DNA of 64,000 nt from Camelus dromedarius (taxonomy: Eukaryota), in NCBI RefSeq assembly GCF_036321535.1, contig NC_087437.1:13332001-13396000 (forward strand). Reading direction: 5' to 3'. This document shows, in pieces, positions 1-13,240 of this stretch. The notes under the pieces are model-generated. The model was given only the letters and a program-made list of their open reading frames with translations. It had not been told where the DNA came from and did no database searches. The translations under genes were made by a program, and so were the position numbers. How positions within the stretch are numbered: position 1 is the stretch's first letter; each line of letters starts with the position of its first letter.

Positions 1-59
1 CTGGCTTGACAAAGACCAGCATAGGTCAGTGGGGATGGATCGTTTTTGAGGGAGAGGAA

Positions 60-320
60 AATGAGGAGGCTAAACCTTTTAAGAAAGGAGGAGGAGTGAA
101 CTGTATCAGGCGCTGCTGAGAATCAGACAAGGTAAAGGCCCTTACTGGACAAAATGGAGGATGATGATGGTTTTGACAAGAACAGCTTCCTTAGTGCGAT
201 GGGGCTGAAGCCAGATTTCACCTGATTGAAGCAGCAAATCTGGACAAGTCAAGAGATTTTGGTATAACAGGAGAGAAAGAGGCGATGGGTGCAGAGAAAG
301 GTGGAGTAAAGGGAGGGTGC
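60..320 (-). mobile_element. LINE-2 fragment
   Basis: Purine-rich antisense L2-like text (gaggagtgaactgtatcaggcgctgctgag...ttgacaagaacagcttcc), highly diverged. Confidence 0.6.
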
Positions 321-607
321 TGTGGTTGTTCATTGTTTTATATGTTTATTTATTAATCAAAGTCATACACGTTTTTATTTTGAAAATTTTTATAGTATTA
401 ATAAATTTATATTAAAAAAAAAACAGTAGTTTCCTGGCCCTACCCAAGAGGGTCACCACTTTTAAACCTTTTAACTCTTTCTTCTTGTCATTGCCTTTAT
501 ATTTCTATATAATGAGTTATATTCCTATTTCTCAGTTTATTGAGATATTTTCTCTTGACTTACTTCTGTACGAGATTTTTCGTTTTCATTCATGACCTAT
601 ACTATAG

Positions 608-823
608 CAGAGGTTGACAAACTCTCACTGTGAAGGGCCAGATGTTTTAGGCTTATGGGAGCCGTTTGGTCTTGGGAGCAACTATTCGATGCAGCTGTGA
701 GCATGAAAGCAACTTTAGGTAATACATAAATGAATGAGCCTGGCTGAGTTTCAGTAAAACTTTGTTTCCCAAAACAGGCTATGGGCCACACTCAGCTCAC
801 AGGCTGCAGTTTGCCAGGCCCTC
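608..823 (+). mobile_element. MER58A-like hAT-Charlie non-autonomous DNA transposon
   Basis: Termini cagaggttgacaaact...agtttgccaggccctc and internal gtgaagggccagat / taaatgaatgagcctggctgagtttcagtaaaacttt match recalled MER58A consensus. Confidence 0.85.
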
Positions 824-1687
824 TTCAGGGCATGACTGTGCACTTACGGGACCAGCTAGGAGAGACGAGTGATGGGTGACTCAGATCCTAAATACCGGGT
901 TTGAAATAGAAAACCGCAACCCAGCACTGCGGCGGGAGAGTGGAAGCTCCCTGGTTTCCTCAGAGTCTGCACAGTGTCACTGTAGGCATGCCTGCCCCCC
1001 TGGGCGTGGCTGTCACTAACATGCTATATTTCCAGTAGGCAATGCAGCAAGCGAGCTCCACTGTGTATCCGGCTGTATCTGCTGACCCTGCCCTCCACTC
1101 ACCCAGAGCTCAGAACTCAGAGACAGTCAACATAGTCTATTAATGTCTATAAAACCAAAAAAGACACAGGAAGTCTCTAAGTTCCCTCAGGAAAGTTTGG
1201 TTAAATGGCAGTTATACCCCAGGTTCCCCACGCTGCTGCCTGGGAGCTGTGGCGCCTTCCTGGAAATGGCTCTCTGGCTTTCTTTGCCTCTTGGCAGCCA
1301 GAGTCAGGATGGTAGGGCGCCCATGCTGTCTCTGCCGCGCCACGGCAAAAGCAACAAGAAAGGCCACCAGGAGTACCGCGTTTGGAGAAAGCACGGATAA
1401 CTTAAGTGTCTGTTTTTAAGGCTGTTTGCAGCTTATCCATTCTGTCAAGGCCAATACCCTGTATCAGCTGGTCATGTGGTTCCAGCAGCCTGAGTGGAGT
1501 CCTGTTGAGAGACAGCCACATGTTCTGCCCTTGCAGAGCACATGGAAGCCAGAGAGGGCAGACAACCGTGGTCAGATACTCATCTGAGAGGACCTGGAGA
1601 TGCTCAGAGCACGGACGTAGTCCTCCTTGGGGCATTTAGCAAAAGTGAAAAAAAAAAAAAAAAAAAGACAAAAGACACAAAACCTTC

Positions 1688-1910
1688 CATTTGTTAACCT
1701 CTCCACTCTTGTGAGGCACTGTTTTAAATACTGGCATACATGACCTCCCGACTCTATCTAAAGGTGAACATTACTGTTCACCCCCTGAGAACAGCAGATG
1801 AGGAAAGTTAGAATCAAAGAAATTAACTTGCCGCATGTCAAACAGCTCCTAGGATGCAAAGCTGGAATTTGACTCCAGGTTTTCTTGACCCCACCATCTA
1901 TGTTCTTAAG
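1688..1910 (-). mobile_element. MIR SINE
   Basis: Core cagatgaggaaagttaga...aacttgccgcatgtcaaacagct...gctggaatttgactccagg. Confidence 0.75.
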
Positions 1911-3089
1911 TATACAGTACACCTTCTCAAAACACTGTCACTGTACACAGGTTTGCCAAACATCACATGAAATTTGACCTTTCTGTGCCGTTGCTTGGCA
2001 GGCCTTCTCTCAAATGCCCTTCTTCTGGGTCTGTGTGCTGGCGCCCCTTTCCTTTGTCACAGCCCACCTCCCTTCACTGTCAAATGTGCTCTGACAGCAC
2101 TTCAATCAGTCACTCTTCCTTTTGTGCTTCTGCCAGCTCTATGTCACCTCAATGTGAAACCAAGAACTATGTGTCTGAAATATAGGATAAGTGGGAACAG
2201 ACCAAGAAAGTCAAAGTGTTTCAGATCATGGGGAGCTTTGGATGCTAAACCATCTGCTAAATGGGATGGTTTTATTGTATAGACAATGAAGAAACATGTC
2301 TTATGTTTTTAAATGAGTGAATATATATGCAGTGGTTAGAATCGTGCCTGATACATAGTAAGTTCACACTAAAGGCTGACTAACATCTTTATGATTTTGA
2401 GCAAGAAAATGCAAGTAATCATGACTATATATATGTCATGGGGTGGATGGACAGAACTGAGCAGGGAGATTGGCTGGAAGGCCTTTATCAATGGCTACAG
2501 CCAAACTCATGTTGTCTGCACTTTGGTATCAGGCAACAATGGAGGTAGCTGCTATGTCCCCCAGAACAGAAGACACCCACCACAACTCCAAACAAGCAGA
2601 GGAAAACAAAGATGAGGCCAGTGAGCGCGGTAAGGCAGTCCACCCCCAGGACTAGGCGCCCCCAGCTCTAACACCGGCTTGTGTGCGTGATGCACTGAGT
2701 TTGGTTCATTCTTCATGCACCTGACTTACGCTTGAGGATGGATTCCATTATAACTGGGCTGAATTTGGGATAATCCTTTCAGAGTCCCGGGGAATGGGGT
2801 CAAAGGTGTAGCAGAAATCTTTATGATTCTATTCTTCCCTAACTGATGTGGAGACCAGTTCTGGCCATATAACTCCTTCATTCCAACCGCCACCACCCCA
2901 GTCTCTATCCCTCACCTCCCCACTCCAAGTCCAGTCTCGAACCAGGAAGCCCAAGTGGACTCCATCAAACAGGAGAAGAAGACCCATGATGCCTGTGTCT
3001 CGCCCTTCCCTAAGAACACTCTTCCCTTACAGAGGTGATGCTTGTCAGAAGCTTCTCAGTATCTCTTTCTCTTTACAGCAGGCTTTGAA

Positions 3090-3519
3090 TCTCCCAATTC
3101 CTGCAGTTTGGAAAGGAATGACTTCGTCTCCTTCTCTGGGTATGGACCCTACCTGGATTTAGCCAAGCCTCTTATTCCGTCTCCTCCTGCAGCTAATGGT
3201 TCAGGGATGAGCCCATGGTCCAGGTGAGGACAAGCAGGGACAACTCTTTCTCTTTCCCAAAGCATCAGAGAAGCCTGTAGCCCCCTGAGTGCTCGCATGA
3301 CCATAGGAGGAAAGCATCATTGATGAAGAAGCTGAAATGAAAGAGGGAACCTGCGTTCCTGTTAGATTGTTTGACTGTTGGATGAGGCTGACTTGAAGCC
3401 ATTTCTACCATTTCCATGATAGGAGAGAGCATTAAAGCAAAACAAACAAGATAATCATCGTCTATCAGTTTAGATACTGTTTTTTCCTAGTTGCGACCCA
3501 AATCATCCAAACTGATACA
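3090..3519 (+). mobile_element. MLT1 (J/K/L-type) MaLR LTR
   Basis: Typical 3' end ttgcgacccaaatcatccaaactgataca; internal ggttcagggatgagcccatg. Confidence 0.65.
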
Positions 3520-4559
3520 CCCCGATCTTCCTTTGCCTCACCTGCTTGTCTGAATCACCTGGAGTACACTGTTGTCTACCAACTCACCCTCTTTTACAGC
3601 ATGAATGCACAAAGTTGTGAACAAGAAGATATGTTTACAGGCAGCTTGGAAGTATAGAGTTTGAGTCAGTTACAAATGCCATAACAACAATATCCTACAC
3701 AGTTGGGACAGTGACAATCCTGAGTCATCATCTGCTTTATAAATAACAGACAAGTTTCTATTCACAATGAGTAAAACCCAAATGTTTTCTTAACTACATT
3801 TCTTTTGAATTTTATTTTAAAGATTTTCCCCTACAATAACACAGTTCAATATAATTTTTTTTTTTTTTTTTTTTTTTTTTTTGCCATCAGTTCAAACACG
3901 TAACCAATAAATAGTTTAGCAGCAAGGCTTTGCTGATCTGTCTACTCAGTCATATGACATATAACTTCTGGCCAAGGGCTCCGCCCAAACTTGGTATTCA
4001 TCTGAACTTCAATTTTGAAGAGATGTGGTCATTACTAAAGATTGCTGTCTGCTTTTCCACCCTTTAAAAACAAACAAAAAATGAATAAAGAAACCAATTT
4101 TGAATTTATTTTGGAGGAAATAATTCGCAGAGGCACAGGGATCCTTGTAATAGGAGGATTCATCCGACACTACAATACCGACAGCAGGCTAATTTACTAG
4201 CATTTCTCATCATTTAATTAGATTCGAAACCTGAGAGATGCTCTTCCTGAAGGGTGTTTATTTCTGGACCAACTTCAAAATACAGAGAATATCCACGCAT
4301 ACCCTACCCTGATTCAAGAATATGTTCTAAACTATACACCCAGAGACACTCACCAGGACTGAATCCACCAAATAAAGGACGCATTGGGACAATCTGTTTC
4401 TAATTTGGGCTCTGGGAGTTTTACTAGATTTAACATTATCTAAGTAGGACCTCTTGGGGAAATAAAAATAAATCTCCACAACAACCAGCAAATGTTTGTA
4501 CCAGGAAGTCTTCCAGAAGCATCATAGGCTAGTGGCTAAAGCATAGGTTTTTAAAATTT

Positions 4560-4760
4560 TTTGAGATCTTCAATCATTGGGTGAAGCCAGCAGATCTCTT
4601 CTTGAAACATGTTTTAAAACCCATCAAATAAAGCACATAAAGTTACCAAGGAAATTAATTATATTAAGATTCAGTCATCAAAAATATTGAAACAGTGTGA
4701 TCGAGTATGTTTTCTTCTTTATTAATGATTTAAATAACAAAATCTAGCAGTGGGTCTGAA
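4560..4760. mobile_element. Charlie4a/MER80-like hAT DNA transposon fragment
   Basis: ggtgaagccagcagatctcttc...ttctttattaatgatttaaataacaaaatctagcagtgggtct matches recalled consensus; related copy at 61849-62290. Confidence 0.6.
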
Positions 4761-4768
4761 AAGAAGTG

Positions 4769-5545
4769 ATAAAACAATAGGCAAAAGATTTGAACAGCAT
4801 TTCACCAAAGATGGCAAATAAGCACATGAAACTCTACTCCACATTATTAGTCCTTAGGGAAATGTGGATTAAAGCTACAAAGAGATACCATTACATACTC
4901 ACTCACAGTAAAAACACTAACCACACCAAGTGTCGGCAATGATGGGGAGAGTCTGGGATGGTCATATGCTGCTAGCGAGAATGTAAAATGATATAATGAC
5001 TTTGGGAAAAAATATGTAGCAGCTTCTTAAGAAACATACCATTTGATCCAGCAATTTATCTTTTAATCAAGAGACATGGTATCATATGTTCATACAAAGC
5101 CTTGAATATGAATATTCAGAGCATCTTTATTTGCAATTGTCAGAAACTGACATGCCCATCGATAAGTGAACAAGTAACCACTTGTCCTAAATCAATGAGG
5201 TGGAAAATATTTGACCCTGAAGATAAATTATTGATACATGAAACAACATGAATTAGTCACAAAATTGTTATACTAAGTTTTAAAGAGCCAGACCAGAGTG
5301 CATACTATATGAGTCCCTTTACATACAATTGTCTAAAATGCAATGATAGAAAATGATAGATCAGTGGTTGCCTGAAAAGAAGAGGGGATGGAAAAGGATT
5401 TACAAAAGGGTATAAGGAAATTTTGAGGTTAATGCATTTGTTCACTATCTTGATAATAAATATATTTATACATCAAAATTGATCAAACTGTATAATCTAA
5501 ACATATGCAGTTTATTGTGTGTCAATTAAAGCCATTAAAAATACG
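4769..5545 (+). mobile_element. Old L1M (L1MC/MD/ME-type) ORF2 end and 3' UTR
   Basis: ggcaaaagatttgaacagcatttcaccaaag...tagatcagtggttgcctg...atatgcagtttattgtgtgtcaatt. Confidence 0.85.
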
Positions 5546-5989
5546 AAAAAATATTCCCCTGTTTTAAACATGGGAGAAATTTCTCTCTCCCCCAGGTATG
5601 GCAGTTCTCAAAATGCAGGTGGGAAGTGGCCACCTACTTCATCTGCTCACAAGGTCACAGTTAACCTGCTCCCCCCAGATTTCTTATAAAAGAAATGTTA
5701 GTAAAGACTCTTCAGCCCCTGAATCTGTACACGTGTTTATATTTGTGCGTTTCCAATTACATTGGGATTAATGCTTTAAAGTCTCATCTTCATGGTCACT
5801 AATCCCAGATCCAGATGGCAGTGTGTCCAGAGAGATTAAACTTCATCCTCATCTGTCTTTAGAAGGCTGGACAAATACTTCCACTCGGAGGTGCTCTGTG
5901 TCTCACTGGAAAGAAACACGCTTATCAAGGAAGACGTTCACCCTTATAAAGGAACCCTGCATTTTAAAAATAAAGCAAACACTTGCTTT

Positions 5990-6127
5990 GTAAATAAGAT
6001 ACTTATATAAGGAACTCTCAAAAGTCAATACTAAGATAATAAGCAATAAAACAATAGGCAAAAGATTTGAATGGACACCTCACCAAAGAAGATACATAGA
6101 TGGCAAACAAGCACATGAAAATCTACT
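5990..6127 (+). mobile_element. L1M ORF2 fragment
   Basis: tatataaggaactctcaaaagtcaat...ggcaaaagatttgaatggacacctcaccaaagaagatacatagatggcaaacaagcacatgaaa. Confidence 0.8.
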
Positions 6128-6164
6128 TGTGGTAAATGAGTGGATTACAAATTAGCTAATTAGT

Positions 6165-6620
6165 GGCAGATGTTTTACGTGGCCCATGTCACAGCCCACC
6201 ATGGATCTCAGAGTGGCTGTGGAGTCCGTGTGCTGGCCACTGCTGCTATGCCCCTGTTTTTCTGTGTCTGGGCTATCTTCAGATGCTAGGAAGCCCTCTC
6301 AGCCAGTGACACAGGCCAGAATTGACAGGATTTAATGCCCTGTGGGCAACCCTCAATTAACGGTGCATAGGACTTGACAAGAAGAGCTACCTGCATTCAA
6401 CAGTCTTTAAGATGGGAAATTCCAAGGCATAGTCTACGTGATGCCTCAGAGGTACCCTGGCAAGATTGAATCCCGGTGCACAGTGGTAAACAAATAAGTT
6501 ACACTTCCTGATTGCCTTTGATAACTTTTCTTTCCCTCTTCCTCATTCTTGCTTCCATGAATCGCCTCCCAAATAAAGTTAAATACATCTTAGTCCTGGT
6601 CCCAAGTTCCAGTTCTCATC
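6165..6620 (+). mobile_element. LTR16-family (ERVL) solo LTR
   Basis: ggcaaccctcaattaa...gcttccatgaatcgcctcccaaataaag; LTR16-like layout with AATAAA near 3' end. Confidence 0.65.
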
Positions 6621-7124
6621 ACTACCACACCAGAATCTGCATTTTCAAAGTGTGGAGAGGACCAACAACTAGCTTACGAGTTGGTCTGTAGAATAAGTTG
6701 AGCAAAGAGCTTTGGTAGTAGAGGGGAGCATGCTTGGTAAACCCTAAAGCCTGAGAAAAATCTCGAATTTTGTTTCCTTTTAACTTAATTCTTTGTAAAT
6801 AAAATTTTGACGTTCCAGTCATAGTTAAATAAAAAATTACTTGAGCAAGAAGAATGAGGAATAAATATTTGCATTTAAAATCAGAATAAGAGAAACTCCA
6901 AACAAATGGGGCCCCTTGGGCTCATTATCATTTGACAATCAATGACACAGATACGCTTGAAAATATCATCTTAAAGGTCACATTGCTGTGCCCCAAATGG
7001 GCGTACTGACATTAGAATTCTCACTCCATGCCACTGCATCTGTTTCTGCCTCTATACTGACCGTTTATTTTGCCCAGAAGGTTCTTGCTGTCATCAGCTA
7101 CAACTTTGAATGGAATTAGCAGAC

Positions 7125-9420
7125 AGGAAGATTAAACACCTATTATAAAATATGCTCCAAAAGCTAAGCAACTATGAGTATAATGAAAAGAGAAATAAGG
7201 CTATAAAAAAGAACCAAATGGAACTTCTAGAGCTGAATATTACAATATCTGAAATGAAAATTCCACTGTAAAGGCTTAACAGCAGACTAGTTGCTAGCAA
7301 TAAACTTCAATAAATTTGAGAACTTAGCAGTAGAAATAATCCAAACTATAGTTCAGAGAGAATAAAAAATACTTAAAAAAATGAATATAGCCACAAGGGT
7401 CTTTGTGACAATATCAAATGGCTTAACATATATATATATAATTAAAGTCCCAAAAAGGAAGGTGAAAGACATAAACATCAAAAATATTTGAAGATAGAAC
7501 AATGAAAAACTAACAGTTTCCAAACTTGTTGAATGGTAAACCATGTAGATCCATGACTTCAGTAAATCCCAACCAGAATAAACACAAAGACAATGATACC
7601 AAAACAAATCATAACCAAATTGCTGAAATAAGTGATAAAGAGGAAATCTTAAAAGCACACATGTGAAAGAAAAAATATATTATATACAAAGGAAAAAAGA
7701 TAAAAATAAATGTTTACTTTTCATTATAAACAATGCAAGGGTGAAGACAATGAAGCACCCTCTTTTGTGTGTTTAAAGGGGAAAAAAAAAACCTGTCCAA
7801 CTAGAATTCTATGTTCAGGGAAAACAGCCTTCAAACATAAAGCCAAGATAAAGATTTTTGTTTTTAGACCAAAAGAAACTGAGTTAATTCATCATCATCT
7901 GTAGACCTTCCCTAAGTGAAATAATAAAGAAAGATTTTAGGCTGAAGGTGAAATAATATTAGATAGGAATTCAAATCAATAAAAAGAAATGATAAAAAAA
8001 AATAGCAAAGATGTGGTTAAATACAAAGATGCAGGAACATAGATGGACCTGGAGATCTTCATTCGAAGTGAAGTAAGCCAGAAAGAGAAAGAAAAATATC
8101 ATATGATGTCACTCATATGTGGAATCTAAAAAAAGAAAAAAAAAAAAAAAGAGGACACCAATGAACTCATCTACAAAACAGAAACAGATTCACAGACTTA
8201 GTAAACAATCTTATGGTTACCGGGGAAAAGGGGGTGGGAAGGGATAAATTTGGGAGTTTGAGATTTGCAAATAATAACCACTATATATAAAAATAGATGA
8301 AAAACAGTTTTCTTCTGTATAGCACAAGGAGCTATATTCAATATCTTGTAATAACCTTTAATGTAAAAGAATATGAAAATTAATATGTGTATAAATATGT
8401 ATGACTGGGACATTGTGCTGTACACCAGAAATTGACACATTGCAACTGACTATACTTAAATTACAAAAACAGATAATGATCTAATTGTTTATATCTTTAA
8501 GATATTTTGTTTAAACCAAAAATAATAGCAAAGTACTGTGGGATTTTTAGTATGTGTATAAGTAAAATCTATTAAAACTATTAAACACAGCACTGGAAAG
8601 GTTAAAGGATTGAGTGTTTGTAGGATGGGTCTCATAAGTGAAATAATACACTGTTATATGAATATACATGTACAATATATACAATAGCAGAAGAAATGCA
8701 TTGTACATTTTAAACTCTTAATAACAATTAAATCATTTTTAAAAAATAACATGTAGCCAATAAGTTAACAGAGGGGATAAACTGAACATTAATTCAAAGG
8801 AAGACAACAAAAACTGGGACAAAATAAATGGGACAAATAAAAAAATAGTAAGATGGTGGGTATAAACCCAACTTCTAATTTTTTATCTACATATTTATAT
8901 AGATATCAGTGTAGGTCAACTAAATAGTCCAGATAAAAGCAGAGGTTATCAGATTAGGTTAAAAGGCAAAACTCAACTATATAGTTTCTACATAAACTGC
9001 ATTTTAAATATCACACAGGTAAAAACTTGAGAGTAGAAAGTATACACCATACAAACACAAATGATAAAAATGGCTACACTAGTATCAGGGAAAGTAGACT
9101 CCTCACTAAGGAATATTATTAAAGACTAGAGGTACATTTTATAATAAGATCTAGTTCAGTAGATAGTATTGTACAAGGTCCATTTTTTACTCTCGATAAA
9201 TGCATAATGGTTGTAGGATGTAAGATGTTGACATTAGAGGAAGATAAGGGAAGGATAAAGAACAACACTTTATATAAATGTTGCAACTCTTCTGTAAATC
9301 TAAAATTATTATTTTTAAATTAAAGGCATCCTGATTGAAAAGGAAGATGAAAAACTGTCTTTATTCATGGATAACATGATTGATTCTGAAAAAAATCTTA
9401 AATAAACTACAAAAAAAAAA
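7125..9420 (+). mobile_element. Old L1M element: degenerate ORF1, inter-ORF region and ORF2 start, fragmented and interrupted by a younger L1
   Basis: A-rich ORF1 motifs (aagaaccaaatggaacttctagagctgaa, acctgtccaactagaattctatgttcagggaaa) and ORF2 endonuclease-region text (gcagaggttatcagattaggttaaaaggcaaaactcaactata); no intact ORF. Confidence 0.8.
8031..8469 (+). mobile_element. Young 5'-truncated L1 (camelid/cetartiodactyl type), ORF2 end and 3' UTR
   Basis: gatggacctggagatcttcattcgaagtgaagtaagccag...gggataaatttgggagtttgagatttgc...tgtgctgtacaccagaaattgacacattg; close sister copy at 25466-25895. Confidence 0.9.
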
Positions 9421-10122
9421 GGAAAAAAAGACTAGACAGATTAGATTTTTATGGCTTCACCATTAACTCTGTATTCAGAAAGAACAAATTCTTCTGGGAA
9501 AATTAATGTCAGAGCTTCCAAATTCTCAGATTGGACTGTGCCCTTGAGTTTTCAGAACATTGCACTTGGGTCCTCCTTCAAATAAAACAGGCACACAAGA
9601 GCCTATTTGTGTGGAGCAGACTCTGAGCAGAGAGTGTGTTAAGTATTGTGCACAATTATCTCCATCCTCTAGGGATTTGCTGTTTCTGAGAACATGTACA
9701 AAGTGTAAATTGAGTAGCCTTGTCAAAAAAAAAAATACTCAAAACTGAGTACATGGGAGTGACTTATCTTTTCCCTGATGTCATTTGGTCAGTGCTGGGG
9801 AATCATTTTTGCAACAGATTCCCTGGCTTTTAACAAAATAATGTGTTTATGTGCATTTGGTTAGGGAGTTTGCCTTCATTTTAACATTTTTCATTTTTGT
9901 TCAGGTTTTTAGCTAGATGTGCAAGTAGCTTTACCAATCAGTTTGTATTTTCTATGAATATTGAGAGCAGTAGCTGATAAACCTGAGGCAAACACAAGGG
10001 TTTTTAGGAAATCTATACGCTATAGACAGAGCACCTATAGGGCTAGGACAGTGTATCTCAGGTACCTCGCTCATTTTCTGGTATGTGATGGACACCCCAT
10101 GAATGAATGAATGAATGAGAAA

Positions 10123-10188
10123 AAGGAAGGAAGGAAGGAAGGAAGGAAGGAAGGAAGGAAGGAAGGAAGGAAGGAAGGAAGGAAGGAA
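10123..10188 (+). repeat. (AAGG)n microsatellite, about 16 units, next to an L2 (ATGA)n tail
   Basis: Directly visible. Confidence 0.95.
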
Positions 10189-10286
10189 TAAGGGGATGTA
10201 TTCATTCTTCAAAAAGTATATTTCCACTTGGGAGATGTGTGTGTGTGTGTTTGTGTATATATGGAAAGTATAGGTGGTTTACCACA

Positions 10287-10812
10287 TGTATGAGTTATCT
10301 ATGCTGTGTAAAAATGTACCCTCAAACGTAAAAGCTTAAAACAACATTTATTATCTCACACAGGTCCTGTGGGGCAGGAATTCAAAAGTGGCACAGCTGA
10401 GCTGTCTGGCCTGGGGTCTCAAATCAAATATTATTGTCAATATATCAGCCAGAGCTGCTTAGAAATAGACCGACTGGGACTAGGAGATCCACTCCCAAAA
10501 TAGCTCACTCACTTGGATGTGAGTGATTCTGGCTCTTGGCAGAAGGCTGCCTCACCGTGTGGCTCCTCCATTCAGCTACGTGAGTTCCTTGTATCACATG
10601 ACATCTGCTTCCCCCAAGAGCAAGTTGTCCCAGAGAGCAAACGGAAGCTACAGTGGTTTTTATGATCTAGTCTCATAAGTGACACTCCATCATTTCTGCA
10701 ATATCTTCTTTGATTCACAGGCCAACTCAATTCCCTGGAACAGACTGCATAACGGCATAAAATAGCAGGAACGGGGCATCCCTGGGGGCTGCTTTGGAGT
10801 CTGGCTACCACA
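10287..10812 (-). mobile_element. MLT1 (F/G/H-type) MaLR LTR
   Basis: tgtatgagttatctatgctgtgtaaaaatgtaccctcaaacgtaaaagcttaaaacaacatttatt...ggagtctggctaccaca; TG..CA ends. Confidence 0.8.
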
Positions 10813-11209
10813 CCAGGCTCTGGATTCTTTAGGGCGTTTCCCTAGCATTGACATATAAGCACTACTTGGACTTTGCAAAAAGCACCATGTTCATGATCAC
10901 CATGGTTCTGCGCCCTCAGTTTACGTGTCTATATTAACTATAGGATCTTTTGGTAGGTGGCCAACAAAAAGAACCAATACATCTTTATTTGAAGGCTGAT
11001 GGATCCGCCCAGCTGATACAGCCAGTATTCCACTCAGACCTCCTCCAGTCCCAGTCCCTTTTACCATTTATACGCACGCCTTTCCTGGCTTCAGCTTTTT
11101 CTTGTTGTCTACTTCTTTCATTTGTTTGTTTGCTTTGTCTTTGGCTGCCTATATCTGCAACTCTCTTTGAAATATTATCATTGTGCTGGTGGAGTCACTT
11201 CAGTTTCAT

Positions 11210-11511
11210 GCGCAGACAGCTAAAAGTGTCTTGGATTTTATGTCCCCTTGGGCCAGTTTTTAGCCAATGACTGACTTATACGGAGGTATGATATCCCGGA
11301 TCACTTGCTTTGGGTTAAGGATAAATTATGAGCAATTTAACACTACAGGTTCCATCTCAGAATAAGACTGAAGCTGTCCCCTGTAGAACTTAGCCTGATA
11401 ACATCTCTGCTTTCCCCACTCCCTGGTTCCTCCTAGAATCCCTGCCCTAATAAATAACGTGCACATGAATCCTTGTCTTAGGGTCTGATTCTGTGAAACC
11501 TGACCTCAGGC
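11210..11511 (+). mobile_element. LTR16A-like ERVL LTR
   Basis: tagccaatgactgac...ccctaataaataacgtgcacatgaatccttgtcttagggtctgattct. Confidence 0.7.
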
Positions 11512-11514
11512 AAA

Positions 11515-12070
11515 CTAGGTGCTTACAGTCACAAGAAATAAAAAATCAACTCAAACAGGCATAAACAATAGAAGTTGTTTATTGGTTCAGACAACCAGAT
11601 ATTCTTGCGATAGAGAAAGTTTCAATGATCAGTGATGACATGAAGGACATGGTTTCTTTATGTCCCTTTGCTTTCCCTTATGTTTCATTTTTAAGCTGCC
11701 ATCCCTCGTGGTGGAAAAATGGCTGCAGCAGTTCCAACCTTTACATCTTCACATTATCATCCATGAGAGAAGAGGTGGTCTTTTATGACAATTACTTTGC
11801 ACAAGCAAGAATGATTTTTTTTTCAGTTTTCTCCCAGAAAATACCTCCTTGTATCTTTTTGGCCTAAATTAGGTGCTATGTCCAACAACTAAGTGATCCC
11901 TGTGGCCCAGGGAATGAACTGGTCTGTTACCTGGACCACTCACTACGACAAGGGAAACTTGGGTTAACTGATTGAGTTGGTCTTACCAGTGTCCACATCT
12001 GACTGAGAGTGAGTCCGCTTATCCACAGGACAGACCTTGAACGTCAGTCAGTATCCTGTGAGAAAGTGGG
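11515..12070 (-). mobile_element. MLT1 (J/K-type) MaLR LTR
   Basis: cacaagaaataaaaaatcaactcaaacaggcataaacaatag...atggctgcagcagttccaacctttacatc. Confidence 0.65.
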
Positions 12071-12899
12071 AACTGAGGGGTAGACAAATGAATGCCGACC
12101 ATACTTGGAGTCTTTGGAACTATTTAAGGACCTTGGCTTTGGAAAGAAAAAAAAAAAAAGATTCAGGACCTCATCTCCACATGGACTCTCCTTTCAAAGT
12201 TCTACTACCTTGAAGTTACTCAAGACCAGTAGCTCTTGTTCTGTTTCTTCATTCCAAACTTTAAATTCCTCAGAGATCAAATCTGAATCAGATATCCAAT
12301 CATCCTGGCCAAAAGGATGGGATCACTCAATAAACTCACTGCTGCTAAAATTTCATTCCTCTTATGCTGAGGCCATTCCTAAAAAAGACAGCTTCTTGTC
12401 TGTTGGAGAGGTAACCCCAGTGCCCTTAGGGCTAGGAAATTAATTCGGCTCTGACTGTGTTCATCTTCATCCTCAGGGCTGTGTTAACACCATTAGAAGC
12501 CCTGAGCTCTGGTTACCATGCCTCCCCAATCACCAGCCCAATCATTCAGAATGAAAACAATTCTAACAATGAAAGGAGGGTTGATAAAATTGTATTATTT
12601 CCTGTGATCATAGTTTCAATGCTTTTCTCAAAATCTTTTTTTTTAAACCACTATTAATACCCTAAGCCCTCATTTACTGTTCTCCAGTGATTCAACATGG
12701 ATCAGTTTCATAAATTTACTATAGAATTCAGGATCAAAGTCAATGAACACAGCGAATCAATAGGCTGATGCACGGAATGCAAGAGTGCAGTCTCACATGT
12801 TGTTATCTCTGAAGGCTACCCGAGAGACATCACCAAAGTCCCACCCAAATCTTGTCAGAGCTCACTTTTTCCATGCACCCTGGGAGTGTCCACTGTCGA

Positions 12900-13240
12900 T
12901 ACCAGCGACTCTGTGACTAAAGGCTTTATCTGGCCAAAGAAGTCTACACAGCCTAAACTGGATCCCCAGGAGTTAATCCCCTGGGAGCAATCCTCAGCCA
13001 ATGAGGAAAGTGATGAAGAGTAAGTTCTTCTCCCGTGGGACAGCTCTGAGGCAGTTCAACAGTCTTCCAGAGTCTTCCAGAGTCTTCCAAAGGGACTGAA
13101 TCTCAGTTGACCACGGTGGCTTCTTCCCTCCTCTGACTCCCTCCTCCTCCTCCCTTTTGGTGCTCCTGAGGATCATTTCCAAAGCAAGCTAACTGCAGTC
13201 AGAATATTTTCTCAGGATGCTGAGAATCCAACCAAAGACA
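12900..13240 (+). mobile_element. LTR16-family ERVL LTR
   Basis: gagcaatcctcagccaatgagg...gggacagctctgaggc...aatccaaccaaagaca. Confidence 0.6.
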
